Made by a program: the position numbers and the translations under genes. DNA of 49,755 bases from a virus (lineage: Duplodnaviria > Caudoviricetes): the IMG/VR virus record IMGVR_UViG_3300020187_003788, positions 1 through 49,755 of that record; one strand, 5' to 3'. The notes under the pieces were generated by a model. The model was not told where the DNA came from, searched no databases, and was given only the letters and a program-made list of their open reading frames with translations. Positions 18,390 to 29,206 of the stretch are shown piece by piece. Every line of letters begins with the position of its first letter. The first letter of the stretch is position 1.

Positions 18390-19675
18390 TTTTTTGTTTT
18401 AGACTCTAATTCAAACTTCATGTCCCAATCAACCTCACCGTTTTCATTTACCCACTCAGGGTTACGTTCTTCTTCTTCTTCTTCGGTAAAATAAACAAAG
18501 AAACCTAAGGTGCATATAATAACAAAAGCTATTGAGCAACAAATCCATGCTAAATTTTTAAGAAAGAAATCTTTTATTACAGGCCTAGGCCCAGGCTTAG
18601 GTTTGGGTGCGGGATCAGGTTCAGGAGTGGGCTTAGGCTCAGGGGCAGGTTTAGGTTTAGGAGTGGGCTTGGGTTTAGGCTTAGGGGTTGGTTTTGGGGT
18701 GGGTTTGGGCTTGGGCTTGGGGGTAGGTTTCGGCTCAGGCTTAGGTTCGGGCTTAGGTTTAGGGGTGGGTTTTTCAGGATCAGGAGCGTCAATAATCATA
18801 CCGTCCGCATCAACTATTCCATGACCAAAAGACCAATCCTTACCTTTAACCCCCGCATCATCAGCGTGAGTTTTTAATAAATTCCTAATTTCAGTTACGG
18901 TATAACTCTTACCTTCTGATTTTAACTTTGACATCAATAGGGCAACAACTCCGGCCACAAACGGACAAGCCATAGATGTCCCGCTTAATTTAGAATAAGA
19001 TTGATTGGTATATGTACTCAGTATATTAACTCCTGGCGCGGCTATTTCGACTTGATGGCCCCTTGAGGAAAAGTATGCTATTTTTTTGCTCTTACCGAAA
19101 GCCCCAACAGCTATACACTCCTGGAATGCAGCCGGGTAATTAACTCCAGCTATCCCTGAGTTACCAGCGGCGCATATAACTGCTATATTAGCTTGGTAAG
19201 CTCTTTTTACGGCTAAAGATATAGCTTCTTTTGGGCTTGAGGAGCCTAGAGACATACTAATAATATCAACTTTTGAATCAATACAGTAGTTAATTGCGGA
19301 TGCTACGGAACTTGAGCTACCTGAGCCAGAGTTACTTAATCCTTTAACACAAAGACACTTAGAGTCTGGAGCAACCCCAACCATTCCTTCGGAATTATTT
19401 TTAGCCGAAATAATTCCAACACAATGTGTTTGGTGCCCATGCTTATCTTCGATTGTTTCTCCATCTATAAAGCTTTTACCCTCAATAGCATTATCCCCAA
19501 TATCTTTATGGTTTGGCATTCCGGTGTCTATAACACCTATGGTGATACCTTTTCCAGTTGTAGTCTCCCATATCTTGGGGATATTTAATTGGCTTAAACC
19601 CCAGTCTGTTGTTTGAGAAAAAGTAGATAATACCTCTTCTACTTTGATGGGGGGAAGTTTGAATTCATCACTCAT
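18386..19675 (-). CDS. S8 subtilisin-like serine protease with Pro/Lys linker and C-terminal membrane anchor
   Basis: Catalytic motifs VIDTG, HQTH, AAGN and GTSMACP; (PK/PE/PT)n linker; hydrophobic [22 protein letters not shown]. Confidence 0.93.
   Translation of the reverse strand: MSDEFKLPPIKVEEVLSTFSQTTDWGLSQLNIPKIWETTTGKGITIGVIDTGMPNHKDIGDNAIEGKSFIDGETIEDKHGHQTHCVGIISAKNNSEGMVGVAPDSKCLCVKGLSNSGSGSSSSVASAINYCIDSKVDIISMSLGSSSPKEAISLAVKRAYQANIAVICAAGNSGIAGVNYPAAFQECIAVGAFGKSKKIAYFSSRGHQVEIAAPGVNILSTYTNQSYSKLSGTSMACPFVAGVVALLMSKLKSEGKSYTVTEIRNLLKTHADDAGVKGKDWSFGHGIVDADGMIIDAPDPEKPTPKPKPEPKPEPKPTPKPKPKPTPKPTPKPKPKPTPKPKPAPEPKPTPEPDPAPKPKPGPRPVIKDFFLKNLAWICCSIAFVIICTLGFFVYFTEEEEEERNPEWVNENGEVDWDMKFELESKTKK
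18590..18785 (-). repeat. Degenerate 6-bp-period coding repeat (X-Pro linker)
   Basis: [15 protein letters not shown]... encoded by ttaggt/ttaggc/ttcggg-type hexamers. Confidence 0.85.
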
Positions 19676-19693
19676 ATACTATATTATAGTAAT

Positions 19694-22144
19694 TTATTGG
19701 CAACTTTCACATGTTCCACCATTTTTCACGGCCTCGATACTGCAAGCAGAGGCTTCAGTACTTTCGGGTGATGTGGATTTTTCAATTTTACTTGCAGCTC
19801 TATTTCTTAAATAATATGTAGTCTTTAATCCTGACTTCCAACAAGACATATATATGTCGTTTAAATACTTTAATGATGTAGATTTATTATACAAGTTAAA
19901 GCTAATGGCTTGGTCTATCCATTTTTGCCTAACTGCATTAACCTCGATAAGCTTTAACATGTCACGATCAAATGCTGTTTTATATTTATTTTTTATGTTT
20001 TCCGGTATGGATTCATTGAGTAGGGAAAGGTCTCCGTCAGAACTTTTGACCATAGATGCTATTTCAGCACTCCATAGCCCAGCATCTTTCATATCATTAA
20101 CGAAGTGAGGGTTTGTAATATAGAAGTTGCCGCTTTTATTCTCGTAAACAAAAAGGACAGAGAAATTTGGCTCGATGCTTTGCTCAACACCATTGATATA
20201 CCCAATGGTGGCTGTAGGTGCAATAGCCATAACATTTGAATTTCTCATGCCATACTCTTTCACATGACTTCTAGCTTCAGTCCAAGAGCTCAGAGACTCA
20301 CCAAGCCCTTGACTTGCAGTATGCGCTCCAGACTTTTCCCTGTAAGACTGAAGGTTATTCCAACTATCGATTGGTAAAATATTTTGAGACCACAGAGACC
20401 CCTCGTAGTTTTCATAGCTACCACGTTCTTTGGCTAAATTGGAACTGGCTAAAATAGCCTCACGACTATAAAACTCAAAGAAGTAATTGTTCCACTTAAC
20501 CGCTTCATCGCTGTCTATATTTATGTTTTTGACATGAAGTACATCATGGATACCCATTACCCCAAGCCCTATAGGCCTATTTTTTAAGTTAGAGTTACTG
20601 GCTTCTTTTGTTGGGTAGAAGTTAATGTCAATAACATTATCAAGCATTCTTATCGCCGTATGTATAGACGACTTCAACTTGGCAAAATCAATCTCCCCTT
20701 CTTTGTCTAAATGATTTAGAACATTAATAGAGCCAAGATTGCACACGGCTGTCTCTCCAATTTTGGTTTTTTCTCCAGATTTGTATTCAGACGGTTTAGT
20801 GTGAAGAGTGATTTCAGTGCACAAGTTAGAGCTTCGGACTGCACCCTCATGCTGATTTGTATAACGAATATTACAAGGATCCTTAAAAGTGTTCCATGGG
20901 TGAGAGGTTTCAAACAATACCTTGAGCATTTTTTTCCACAACTCTTTTGCGGGAGTTACTCTATAGTTTTTAATCAAGCCCTCTTCGGCCTGATCGCATA
21001 GCTGGTTATATCTTTTATCAAATTCTTCGCCAAAACAATCATGTAGGGTTTTCCCGTTTTCATCTTCAGTGTCTCTTGGGTCAAAGAAGTACCAAGCATC
21101 TTCATTTTGAACTCTACGCATGAATTCATCGGGAACCCATGAGGCTGTATTTAAGTCATGACACCTTAGTCTTTCATCACCAGTATTCCTTCTTAAGTTA
21201 AGAAAATCTTCAAAATCCAGGTGCCAGGGCTCCAGATAAGCACAGCCAGCGCCGGGGCGCTTCCCCCCTTGATTTACAGCAACAAGTAAGTCATTGTAGA
21301 TTTTTAGCCAAGGAACAAGACCACTAGAGATACCATTAGTTCCCTTAATGTAAGAACCTGTAGAGCGAAAAGGGGTAACATCGAGACCGAGACCACCAGC
21401 GTACTTTGATTTACGAGCCTCCTGCCAAGCTCCGTCAAAAATGCCGTCAATGCTATCATCAAAAGTGTTAAGGTAGCAGGAACTAAGCTGAGAATGAGTG
21501 GTTCCACTGTTAAATAAAGTAGGGGTAGATGAGGTATAAAGAAGTTCACTCAACAAGTCGTAAAACTCGATAGCTTTAGCGTCTTTGTCCTCTTCGTTGA
21601 TAGCAAGACCCATGGCAACTCGCATCCAGAAAGACTGTGGGGTCTCCATGATTTTATCTTCTTGCCTGATAAAGTATCTGTCATAAAGTATTTGTACACC
21701 GAGATATTTTAAATTCTTATCTCTTCTGATTTTTAATGCTTCTGATAATTTGGATAAATTAAAACCTGATAATCTCTTATCCAACCTATTATCTTTAATT
21801 AATTTTTTTGTATTTTGTATGAAACTTTTGCGGTATTGTAGTTTAAATGTATCCGAGTCTACCCCTTCTTTGAAGACTTCTTTGTATAAACAGTTTAATA
21901 ATAGTCGGGCGGCAGCATAAGAATAGTTGGGCTCTTTTTCGATCTTTTCTCTTGCAGAAAAAACTAGAGCCTGATCTATTTCTTTTGAGGTTATTTTGTC
22001 AAATAATTGTAACTGGGCATCAAGTACTATCTCGCTGGGAGAAACATCCTCTATGCCTTCGCATGCCCTCTGGGCGCTTGCATTAATTTTATCTACTATA
22101 AAGTCTTCTAACCTTCCGTTTCTTTTTTTTACTTTTATGTCCAT
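19694..22144 (-). CDS. nrdA: Ribonucleotide reductase alpha subunit with N-terminal ATP cone
   Basis: VKKRNGR (ATP cone), TPTLFNSG, SSCYL, SNLCTEI, VCNLGS, APTATI, KTTYYLR and C-terminal CESCQ. Confidence 0.97.
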   Translation of the reverse strand: MDIKVKKRNGRLEDFIVDKINASAQRACEGIEDVSPSEIVLDAQLQLFDKITSKEIDQALVFSAREKIEKEPNYSYAAARLLLNCLYKEVFKEGVDSDTFKLQYRKSFIQNTKKLIKDNRLDKRLSGFNLSKLSEALKIRRDKNLKYLGVQILYDRYFIRQEDKIMETPQSFWMRVAMGLAINEEDKDAKAIEFYDLLSELLYTSSTPTLFNSGTTHSQLSSCYLNTFDDSIDGIFDGAWQEARKSKYAGGLGLDVTPFRSTGSYIKGTNGISSGLVPWLKIYNDLLVAVNQGGKRPGAGCAYLEPWHLDFEDFLNLRRNTGDERLRCHDLNTASWVPDEFMRRVQNEDAWYFFDPRDTEDENGKTLHDCFGEEFDKRYNQLCDQAEEGLIKNYRVTPAKELWKKMLKVLFETSHPWNTFKDPCNIRYTNQHEGAVRSSNLCTEITLHTKPSEYKSGEKTKIGETAVCNLGSINVLNHLDKEGEIDFAKLKSSIHTAIRMLDNVIDINFYPTKEASNSNLKNRPIGLGVMGIHDVLHVKNINIDSDEAVKWNNYFFEFYSREAILASSNLAKERGSYENYEGSLWSQNILPIDSWNNLQSYREKSGAHTASQGLGESLSSWTEARSHVKEYGMRNSNVMAIAPTATIGYINGVEQSIEPNFSVLFVYENKSGNFYITNPHFVNDMKDAGLWSAEIASMVKSSDGDLSLLNESIPENIKNKYKTAFDRDMLKLIEVNAVRQKWIDQAISFNLYNKSTSLKYLNDIYMSCWKSGLKTTYYLRNRAASKIEKSTSPESTEASACSIEAVKNGGTCESCQ

Positions 22145-22268
22145 AGGGTAGTTGTTTACACAATTGTAATCGTATATAATGAAATATCAACAATATTGAT
22201 ATGAAAAAAACATATTACAATAAAATGCCATACATAGCAAGCATAAAACCCACCGAGTTATTAACAAT

Positions 22269-22469
22269 TTATTCTTTAAAACAGTCCGCACTCATTGCAC
22301 CCCTAATGGGGGTTGGTACACTAATAAAAACAAAATCCTGAGATAAAGTATATTCTAGTGTGTTTTGAGAGGTATCTGGATTTTTGTCAAAAACTTTTAC
22401 TTCGTAATCGCTGAAGCCATTGGCTATAGTAGAGCCAGCGAAGCCGTTACCTATAACCCTTATTTTCAC
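22269..22469 (-). pseudogene. Truncated UDP-glucose/GDP-mannose dehydrogenase (N-terminal fragment only)
   Basis: IGNGFAG Rossmann motif and DFVFISVPTP, then a stop after 66 aa with no recognisable continuation. Confidence 0.75.
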
Positions 22470-23377
22470 TGAGGTTTATTAACCTCGACCCAATCTTCAA
22501 ATTTTTGAGAAGGAACCCAATTTAAAAGGGTCTTGGCCTTTGTGTTATCCGCCAGGGTATCACGAGCTTCACCTAGCCTTGAGTCAATGTGAATATGATC
22601 ACCGCCGACAAGTTTAACGATATCAAGGACCGAGTGATTTGTGCCAGTACCTAAATTAAACATTTCCCCGATGATTTCTTTGTTTTCTGATTCTCCCGCC
22701 AAATACATAGCCTGTGCAATATCCCTAACATATGTATAGTCTCTTGTTTGTAAACCATCTCCAACAACTGTCATTGGTTCTCCTGATTCTTTTTGCCTAA
22801 AGAATAAACCGACAACAGGAGCATAATCTCCCGCTAGGGGCTGGCGCTCCCCGTAAACATTAAAAAATCGAAATAAAACTGTCTCAACCCCAAAAAGATT
22901 AGTATACATCTTGCACAACTCTTCGCAATTAGCCTTACTGACTGAGTAGGGATTTAGGCAGTCGTTCGGCATATCTTCCTTTAAGGGAATTGGGTTTGCT
23001 AGGCCGTAACAAGAAGAGGTTCCCGCAAACATCACCCTCTTGCATTTGTTTAATCTAGCTGACTGTAGTACATTTACAGTACCGAGAGAATTGTTTTTAA
23101 CGGCATCAGATGGATCTTGCACACAAATTTGAATACGAGACCTTGCGGCCAAATGAAAGACTAAATCTACACCTTTAAATAAGGGTTCTAATTTTTCAAA
23201 ATCACAAATATCTACCTTATGGTTCTCGGTGTCATCCCTCCAGCTAAATTGAGAGTTCGCAGTCGAGGATTCATCATCAACCACTACAACATCGTGACCA
23301 GCATTAATTAATATTTCAACAAGGTGACCGCCGATAAACCCAGCCCCTCCAGTAACTAAACATTTTTTCTTAGACAT
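22466..23377 (-). CDS. NAD-dependent epimerase/dehydratase (UDP-sugar 4-epimerase-like)
   Basis: LVTGGAGFIG, HLAA, YSVSK (YxxxK), RFFNVYG and GDGLQTRDYTYV. Confidence 0.92.
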   Translation of the reverse strand: MSKKKCLVTGGAGFIGGHLVEILINAGHDVVVVDDESSTANSQFSWRDDTENHKVDICDFEKLEPLFKGVDLVFHLAARSRIQICVQDPSDAVKNNSLGTVNVLQSARLNKCKRVMFAGTSSCYGLANPIPLKEDMPNDCLNPYSVSKANCEELCKMYTNLFGVETVLFRFFNVYGERQPLAGDYAPVVGLFFRQKESGEPMTVVGDGLQTRDYTYVRDIAQAMYLAGESENKEIIGEMFNLGTGTNHSVLDIVKLVGGDHIHIDSRLGEARDTLADNTKAKTLLNWVPSQKFEDWVEVNKPQ

Positions 23378-23386
23378 AATTTATTA

Positions 23387-24331
23387 TTACATGTTATTTT
23401 GATACCATTTATAAGTTTTTTCAAGACCTTCTTTTAATGTATGTTTTTGTGAGCAGCCTAGATCTTTAATTCTTGAGTTGTCCATTTTTTTCCTGAATGT
23501 ACCGTCGGGCTTAGAGGAGTCAAAGATGACATTGCCTTCGTACCCTATGGTTTGCTTTATATTCTCAAGTAGCTCTCTAATGGACACCTCGTCTTCAGAT
23601 CCACAGTTGAGGTGAGATATACCGGAAGAATATATAGATTCAGCATTAATATTTTCTAGGCAAAACAAAATTGCATCAGTAAGGTCATCGACATATAAGA
23701 ACTCTCTTAGTGGTTTGCCGCTACCCCATATTTCAACATGATCCAAATTAGATTGTTTAGCAGCATCTACTTTGCGGATAAAAGCAGGTAAGGCATGGGA
23801 AGTTTCTAAATCGAAATTATCTCCGGGGCCATATAAATTGCAGGGCATTAATGAATAGAAGTTAGACCCGTATTGTTGGTAAAAGGCTTCACACATTTTA
23901 AGTGCCGCTATCTTTGCGATTGCATATGGCTCGTTGGTGTTCTCAAGGACGCCGGTAAGTAGGTACTCTTCCTTGATTGGTATCTCTGCATTTTTGGGAT
24001 ATATACAGGAAGACCCTAGGTTAATTAGTTTTTGAACACCACTAGAATGGCTCGCCTTTATGATGTTAGAGGATATCTGTATATTGTCATATATAAAATC
24101 AGCTCTATATGTGTCGTTAGCTAAAATACCCCCAACTTTTGCGGCACACAAAATGACATAATCAAATCTTTCGTGAGCAAATAGACTGTCTACATTCTCT
24201 TGATTTGATAAATCTACCTCATTTCTTGTTTTGGTAATAATATTATTGTAACCAGAAGATCGTAATTTATGTACAACAGAAGATCCGACCATGCCTCGAT
24301 GACCGGCAACAAAAATCTTTAAATTTTTCAT
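23387..24331 (-). CDS. fcl: GDP-L-fucose synthase
   Basis: AGHRGMVGS, AAKVGGILAN, LGSSCIYPK, NEPYAIAKIA, NLYGPGDNF and WGSGKPLREFLYVDD. Confidence 0.96.
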   Translation of the reverse strand: MKNLKIFVAGHRGMVGSSVVHKLRSSGYNNIITKTRNEVDLSNQENVDSLFAHERFDYVILCAAKVGGILANDTYRADFIYDNIQISSNIIKASHSSGVQKLINLGSSCIYPKNAEIPIKEEYLLTGVLENTNEPYAIAKIAALKMCEAFYQQYGSNFYSLMPCNLYGPGDNFDLETSHALPAFIRKVDAAKQSNLDHVEIWGSGKPLREFLYVDDLTDAILFCLENINAESIYSSGISHLNCGSEDEVSIRELLENIKQTIGYEGNVIFDSSKPDGTFRKKMDNSRIKDLGCSQKHTLKEGLEKTYKWYQNNM

Positions 24332-25359
24332 TGAGACAAGAGAGAGTAGTCGTTTTCGTACATTTTTTTAACAAGACCATAGAAGTCGGTCTTACGTACC
24401 CATCCGATCTCTTTTTCCGCTAAACTACAATCCCCGCAAAGTTCATGAACTTCTGCGGGTCGGTAAAATTCAGGACTAACTTGAAAAATTAGCTTACCAT
24501 CTAAAGTATGATATTTCTCTGTATCTTGTGAACCCGAAGATTTGTATTTAATTCCGGCGCACTTTAAGCTTTCATTTAGAAATTCTCTAACGGTATGCAT
24601 TTCTCCGCTACCAAGTACGTAATTTTTAGGAGCATTTTGGTTTAACATTAACCAAACTCCTGGCATGAAATCTTCTGCATCACTCCAGTCTCTTTGGGCA
24701 TCAAGATTTCCAAGTTCTAAAATGGGTATTTTTGAGTCGAGCTCTAATGATTTCTTTATACTAGCTACTCCATGACTGATTTTTCTGGTCACGAAATCAA
24801 GTCCACGACGTGTGCCTTCATGGTTGAATAACCAACCCTGAACGGCATAAAGATTGTATGATTCTCGGTAGACTCTTACTAGGTGTCTTGCCGCACATTT
24901 TGCAGCACCATAAGGAGATTGTGGGCGAAGCGGGTGTTCTTCATTTTGTGGATTTTTAATTACATCCCCGAATTCTTCTGAGGAGCCTGCATTGTAAAAC
25001 CTGCAATTAGGGGCAAACCTACGAATTGACTCTAACATATGAAGTATGGAGTTTGAGTCGGTATCCCACGTTTGAATCGGGAAATCCCAACTACCAGCAA
25101 CAAAAGATTGTGCAGCAAAATTTATAAAATAATCAGGCTTTATATCGATAACTACATCTCTGATGCTATGAGCATCATTTAAATCCAGGTTGATAATTTT
25201 AAACCTGTCGGATTCTTTTAAGTGCAGAATATTCTCATGATTTTTAACACTAAGACGACGTATGGATCCGTAGACTTCTACGTCTGTGTTTTTCAATAAA
25301 TAATCGACCATATGACTGCCGTCTTGACCTGTAATCCCCGTTACTATAACTTTTTTCAT
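24328..25359 (-). CDS. gmd: GDP-mannose 4,6-dehydratase
   Basis: TGITGQDGS, AAQSFV, SSEEFG, SPYGAAK, FNHEG, FVTRKI, LGNLDAQRDW and FYRPAEV. Confidence 0.96.
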   Translation of the reverse strand: MKKVIVTGITGQDGSHMVDYLLKNTDVEVYGSIRRLSVKNHENILHLKESDRFKIINLDLNDAHSIRDVVIDIKPDYFINFAAQSFVAGSWDFPIQTWDTDSNSILHMLESIRRFAPNCRFYNAGSSEEFGDVIKNPQNEEHPLRPQSPYGAAKCAARHLVRVYRESYNLYAVQGWLFNHEGTRRGLDFVTRKISHGVASIKKSLELDSKIPILELGNLDAQRDWSDAEDFMPGVWLMLNQNAPKNYVLGSGEMHTVREFLNESLKCAGIKYKSSGSQDTEKYHTLDGKLIFQVSPEFYRPAEVHELCGDCSLAEKEIGWVRKTDFYGLVKKMYENDYSLLSQ

Positions 25360-25360
25360 A

Positions 25361-25669
25361 TTAATATGTTTTATGTTTCCTTTGTATAAATTTTCCGGAG
25401 TCTAAATCTTCCCCTTTTATTTTGCTTTCTATAATTTCAATTACTTTCTCATCAATTTCATCAATAAGCTGATTTCTTTGCACGTTTAAATCACAGCATT
25501 TCTTTAAGCAGGCCCAGAGTTTTTCTGCCCCTTGCTCATCATCAAAGTATTTCGATTGATATTCATCAAATGACATTCTCCTGATTTCATACAAGAGTTC
25601 TTGATTATTCCACATTTTTAAATCAACTGTTGATAATTTATCGATTAAGGATCCTAGTGTATCTGACAT
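25361..25669 (-). CDS. Helical hypothetical protein (DUF4254-like)
   Basis: GSLIDKLS..DLKMW..QE and N.QRNQLIDEID. Confidence 0.55.
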   Translation of the reverse strand: MSDTLGSLIDKLSTVDLKMWNNQELLYEIRRMSFDEYQSKYFDDEQGAEKLWACLKKCCDLNVQRNQLIDEIDEKVIEIIESKIKGEDLDSGKFIQRKHKTY

Positions 25670-25688
25670 TTATATTTTGAGTTAAGTG

Positions 25689-26801
25689 TTAAAGGAAGTC
25701 ATTTTTATCCCCCCACTCTTGGAATAGGCAACTGGTAAAGCCATTTATTTTAGAGCAAATATAATCGATGTCGTTATTGCTTAATAAAATATGAGAAGGG
25801 AATAAAACTATTTGTTTTTGTAAAGCCTCGGAATTTAAACAAGAACCTTCAATTGATAAGTGGTTGTGAAAATAATGAGGATAAAACATGGGTCGAGTTT
25901 CAACTCCAGAATCACCAAAAAATTTAGATGCCCGTTCGTGTGAATTAAGCAGGTGAAATTTTATACCCATCATCCACATAGAGTGAGTTGTATTGTTTTC
26001 ACTAGCTTGGAAACTGATAAATTTATTGCTTTTTAAATTATCTTTATACCTATTGTAAACCCGTGATTTTTCGGATAAAATGTAATCATATTCTTCTAGT
26101 TGGCCTAATAATATAGCCGCCTGAATATTAGTCATTCTGTAATTATAACCAAGCACATCGTGAATGTATCTTTTTGGAGTCTGACCTTGCCCGTGGACTT
26201 TTTTTGCAAATTCGTAAACATTTTCATCGTTAGTTATAAATGCGCCCCCCTCCCCTGTGGTGATATTTTTATTGCCAAAAAAGGAAAGGGATGAACAAAA
26301 AGATTTCGAGCCAGATGGAGAGTTTTCATAGTTGCCAAAAAAACCTTCGCAATTATCTTCAATAATTGGGATGTTATATTTAGAAGACAAATCTGGGATG
26401 TTTATGATGTTACCTAAGTTATGGACCGCCATGATGGCGGATTCATTTTTGATGTCGTCATCTTTAATAGACATGTTCCAGGTATTAATGTCAAGGTCTG
26501 CGCTGGATAAGTTTTCATAACCTTCGTAAATTAAACTATTATATGCAGCCACATAACAGGCGCTTGGTACTATAACATTACTAACCTTTGGGAAAAACTC
26601 CCTTAAGCATATAGTTGTTAAGTGGGTGGCTGTAGTTCCATTATTGGTTAGCAAGGCATACTTTGCCCCATTTTTTTCAGCAAGTAAATTGGAAGCTAGC
26701 TCTGGATATTTACCTAACGAAGAAATCCAAGAAGAGTCGATTGCTTCCTTGGCGTACTCTTTGCTTTTAGCGGGCAAATATGGCTCGTATAATTTATACA
26801 T
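25689..26801 (-). CDS. DegT/DnrJ/EryC1/StrS PLP aminotransferase (GDP-perosamine synthase-like)
   Basis: SWISS.G, NGTTA, IIEDNCE, SFFGNKNITTGEGG, GYNYRMTNIQAA and ETRPMFYP. Confidence 0.9.
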   Translation of the reverse strand: MYKLYEPYLPAKSKEYAKEAIDSSWISSLGKYPELASNLLAEKNGAKYALLTNNGTTATHLTTICLREFFPKVSNVIVPSACYVAAYNSLIYEGYENLSSADLDINTWNMSIKDDDIKNESAIMAVHNLGNIINIPDLSSKYNIPIIEDNCEGFFGNYENSPSGSKSFCSSLSFFGNKNITTGEGGAFITNDENVYEFAKKVHGQGQTPKRYIHDVLGYNYRMTNIQAAILLGQLEEYDYILSEKSRVYNRYKDNLKSNKFISFQASENNTTHSMWMMGIKFHLLNSHERASKFFGDSGVETRPMFYPHYFHNHLSIEGSCLNSEALQKQIVLFPSHILLSNNDIDYICSKINGFTSCLFQEWGDKNDFL

Positions 26802-27219
26802 TTTTATTCATATATGTTACACCATCAGACGACTTAATAATTGAAAAGCCATATTTTTGATACAAAGAAACGCCTGCAATGTTATCACTGTCTACTGATA
26901 AGAAAATGTCTTCATCCTGATTTTTTAGTAAAGATTGAATTAATTCTTTACCCAAACCTCTACCGCAGAAGTCTTCTTTAATACAAATACCTAACCATAA
27001 TTTTAAGTCACCTGGGTCTTTATCTAAATGACCATACCCTATAACCTGACCACCAGTAATTAGAAGTAAGGTTTTGGTGTGGTTACTTAAAGCTTCCTTC
27101 AGGTTTCTAGACTCGAAATACCTAAAAGTATTACCAGAAGAACCTAGATTCTTTATGAAGCTAGTAAGAGCTTCCAGGTAAGTATCATTAAAATCTGAAA
27201 TTGAGAAATTTATTTTCAC
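26794..27219 (-). CDS. GNAT-family N-acetyltransferase
   Basis: GICI..DFCGRGLGKEL and V..DN.AG..LYQKYGF. Confidence 0.88.
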   Translation of the reverse strand: MKINFSISDFNDTYLEALTSFIKNLGSSGNTFRYFESRNLKEALSNHTKTLLLITGGQVIGYGHLDKDPGDLKLWLGICIKEDFCGRGLGKELIQSLLKNQDEDIFLSVDSDNIAGVSLYQKYGFSIIKSSDGVTYMNKNV

Positions 27220-28289
27220 TATAGTATACTAAAAATATCTAGGTTATTTCCAATAAATAATTTATCCATATTTTGATTTTGATAAGTTATTATGGAGTTG
27301 ATTAATTCATTACCCTCAGCCGATCTAGATAGTATAAGGTTGCTTTTTTGAATCATCTCATTATCCGAACTGCACATACCAGGACTTTGTGGGAGTATTG
27401 ATTTTAGTAAAGATTGAGAGTAGAATATTACTGGTAATCCAATAATTAAAGCTTCAAGTGGGTGGTAGTGTAGGTGTCTTTCTTCTTTTGAGTGGTAGTG
27501 CATGAATAGGGAATTTTTAAACTCGCCGTAAAACTCATTATCATTTAAATTGTTTAGTATGTAAGGTTTTTCTTGTACACATGTGTTATTTTTACCTAAT
27601 ACGACAAATGGTATGTCGCTGAATTTATTTAAAAAATCTATATATATATTACGATAATAAGATCCGGGGCCGTCATCTATCCTTGAGTTTACAAAACACA
27701 TCCTGAGATTAGAGGGTCTATATGTTTCTAGATAATTACAAACAAAAGAATTAGATAACCCTAGGGGGACAAAAAAAGAATTATCTTTATTAAAAAAATC
27801 TAAATTTTCAGACCTGGAAGTTTCAAAATCTATAATTTCTTGATAGGAGAAAATATATTTGAACCTAGAAAAGTCAGTGGATGGGAAGATGTTTTTTAAT
27901 AAATTTTTATATGATGCCTCGCCGCTTAAACCAAAAAACCTAAAGAATATATCCCCAGAGAAAGATTTGGATAACTGGTTCAACATCTTTTCGGAAGTCA
28001 AGGAGGTTAGGAATATAATATCAAAGTGGTTATTTATAACCTCTAGTTCAGGTTTTGTTAATTCATAGTGATCTGAGTAAAAGTCAATATTATCAAGTAT
28101 ACCTAAGGTGGTTACATGTATGGATAAGAAATTATCATAAAACCTTGAAGTGGAGTGGTTTATTGAGTTTTCCCCAGAGCTAAGGCTACCGAAGTTTTTA
28201 GATAAGTAAACCTCGTGGCCGTCTTTTAATAAAATCGGAACTTCGAAATCAGTTAAAGTTTTATGATTTAGTAAATATAGTATTCTCAT
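27219..28289 (-). CDS. Putative GT-B fold glycosyltransferase
   Basis: MRILYLLNH..L..FEVPIL and HLHYHPLEALIIGLPVIF (GT4-like C-terminal motif). Confidence 0.6.
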   Translation of the reverse strand: MRILYLLNHKTLTDFEVPILLKDGHEVYLSKNFGSLSSGENSINHSTSRFYDNFLSIHVTTLGILDNIDFYSDHYELTKPELEVINNHFDIIFLTSLTSEKMLNQLSKSFSGDIFFRFFGLSGEASYKNLLKNIFPSTDFSRFKYIFSYQEIIDFETSRSENLDFFNKDNSFFVPLGLSNSFVCNYLETYRPSNLRMCFVNSRIDDGPGSYYRNIYIDFLNKFSDIPFVVLGKNNTCVQEKPYILNNLNDNEFYGEFKNSLFMHYHSKEERHLHYHPLEALIIGLPVIFYSQSLLKSILPQSPGMCSSDNEMIQKSNLILSRSAEGNELINSIITYQNQNMDKLFIGNNLDIFSIL

Positions 28290-29206
28290 AATTTATTTAT
28301 CTTGCCTTTTATATCTAGTAGGTATGGTGTTTTCTTGTTGTAGATAAACTTATAGGGGCACCGGTCGAAAAATTTATGATCAAACCCGTCTTCGGTGTAA
28401 GAGTAAGTTGGGGTATTTGTATATGTGTTTAATACTAGGTTGCCGCCTATTCCGAAGCCTATCGATAATTTGGATCTGCTGGCCACGAAACTATCCAGCA
28501 AAACATTATCACAAGTAAAAGCATTAGATGTAAGGTCAATTAATTTATCGCTTGGCAGAAAGTCTAGGCAGTAGTTGTATATAGAATAAAAGTTGCATGA
28601 ATTGTTCCTTTCTCCTATTAGGACTATTTTTAGTCTAGATTTACCTATTATATCTAAAAATAAAGTCCTAAAAAAGTTCGCATCAGCCGCATTAAGGTTT
28701 CTGTATCTAGTATGAACACACACATAAGATTCATAGAGTGATACATCCAGTATTCTTTTACTAAAATTAAGTTTATCAAAAAGTAAATTAGACATATCGG
28801 GGTAATTCAAGTAAGGGAAAACCTCATCTCCATATATATACACAGGCGAATCAAATCTTTCGTAAAAAAAACCGCCGGCATTGTCATGCCCTCCTGGGTT
28901 TTTGTCCATGTTTTCATCAAAAGAAAATACAACATTTGGGGTGTCCGAGAAAATTTTATAACAAAAAGGTTTTAATACGGATTCAATAAAATCAACTGAA
29001 GTTGATACTCTGTTGTTTATCGGGCTCTTAATAAATTTAATATGTAAGAATTGCTTTCCGTATTTGAAGAGATGATTATCGGCTTCACCCGAGGTAACAA
29101 AGTCCTTGAGTATTAAAATGTCGCCCAGGCCACACCTACTAAATATCCCTAATGAGTTTAATAGGACCCAGTCTACTATTTCTTCGTTTTTATTAAAAAA
29201 AATCAT
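28286..29206 (-). CDS. Putative GT-B fold protein (GT9/FUT-like)
   Basis: GLGDIL, YVCVHTRYR, IVLIGER, LIDLT and IGFGIGGN. Confidence 0.5.
   Translation of the reverse strand: MIFFNKNEEIVDWVLLNSLGIFSRCGLGDILILKDFVTSGEADNHLFKYGKQFLHIKFIKSPINNRVSTSVDFIESVLKPFCYKIFSDTPNVVFSFDENMDKNPGGHDNAGGFFYERFDSPVYIYGDEVFPYLNYPDMSNLLFDKLNFSKRILDVSLYESYVCVHTRYRNLNAADANFFRTLFLDIIGKSRLKIVLIGERNNSCNFYSIYNYCLDFLPSDKLIDLTSNAFTCDNVLLDSFVASRSKLSIGFGIGGNLVLNTYTNTPTYSYTEDGFDHKFFDRCPYKFIYNKKTPYLLDIKGKINKL

Noticed and set aside
18510-18824. Gly-Leu repeat + strand ORF and the alternative-frame 18577-18792 ORF
   Set aside because: Shadows of the Pro-Lys linker repeat of the protease.
16301-22144. Introns, inteins or homing endonucleases in nrdA/nrdB
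   Set aside because: Both ORFs are continuous and of normal length, with no intein or endonuclease motifs.
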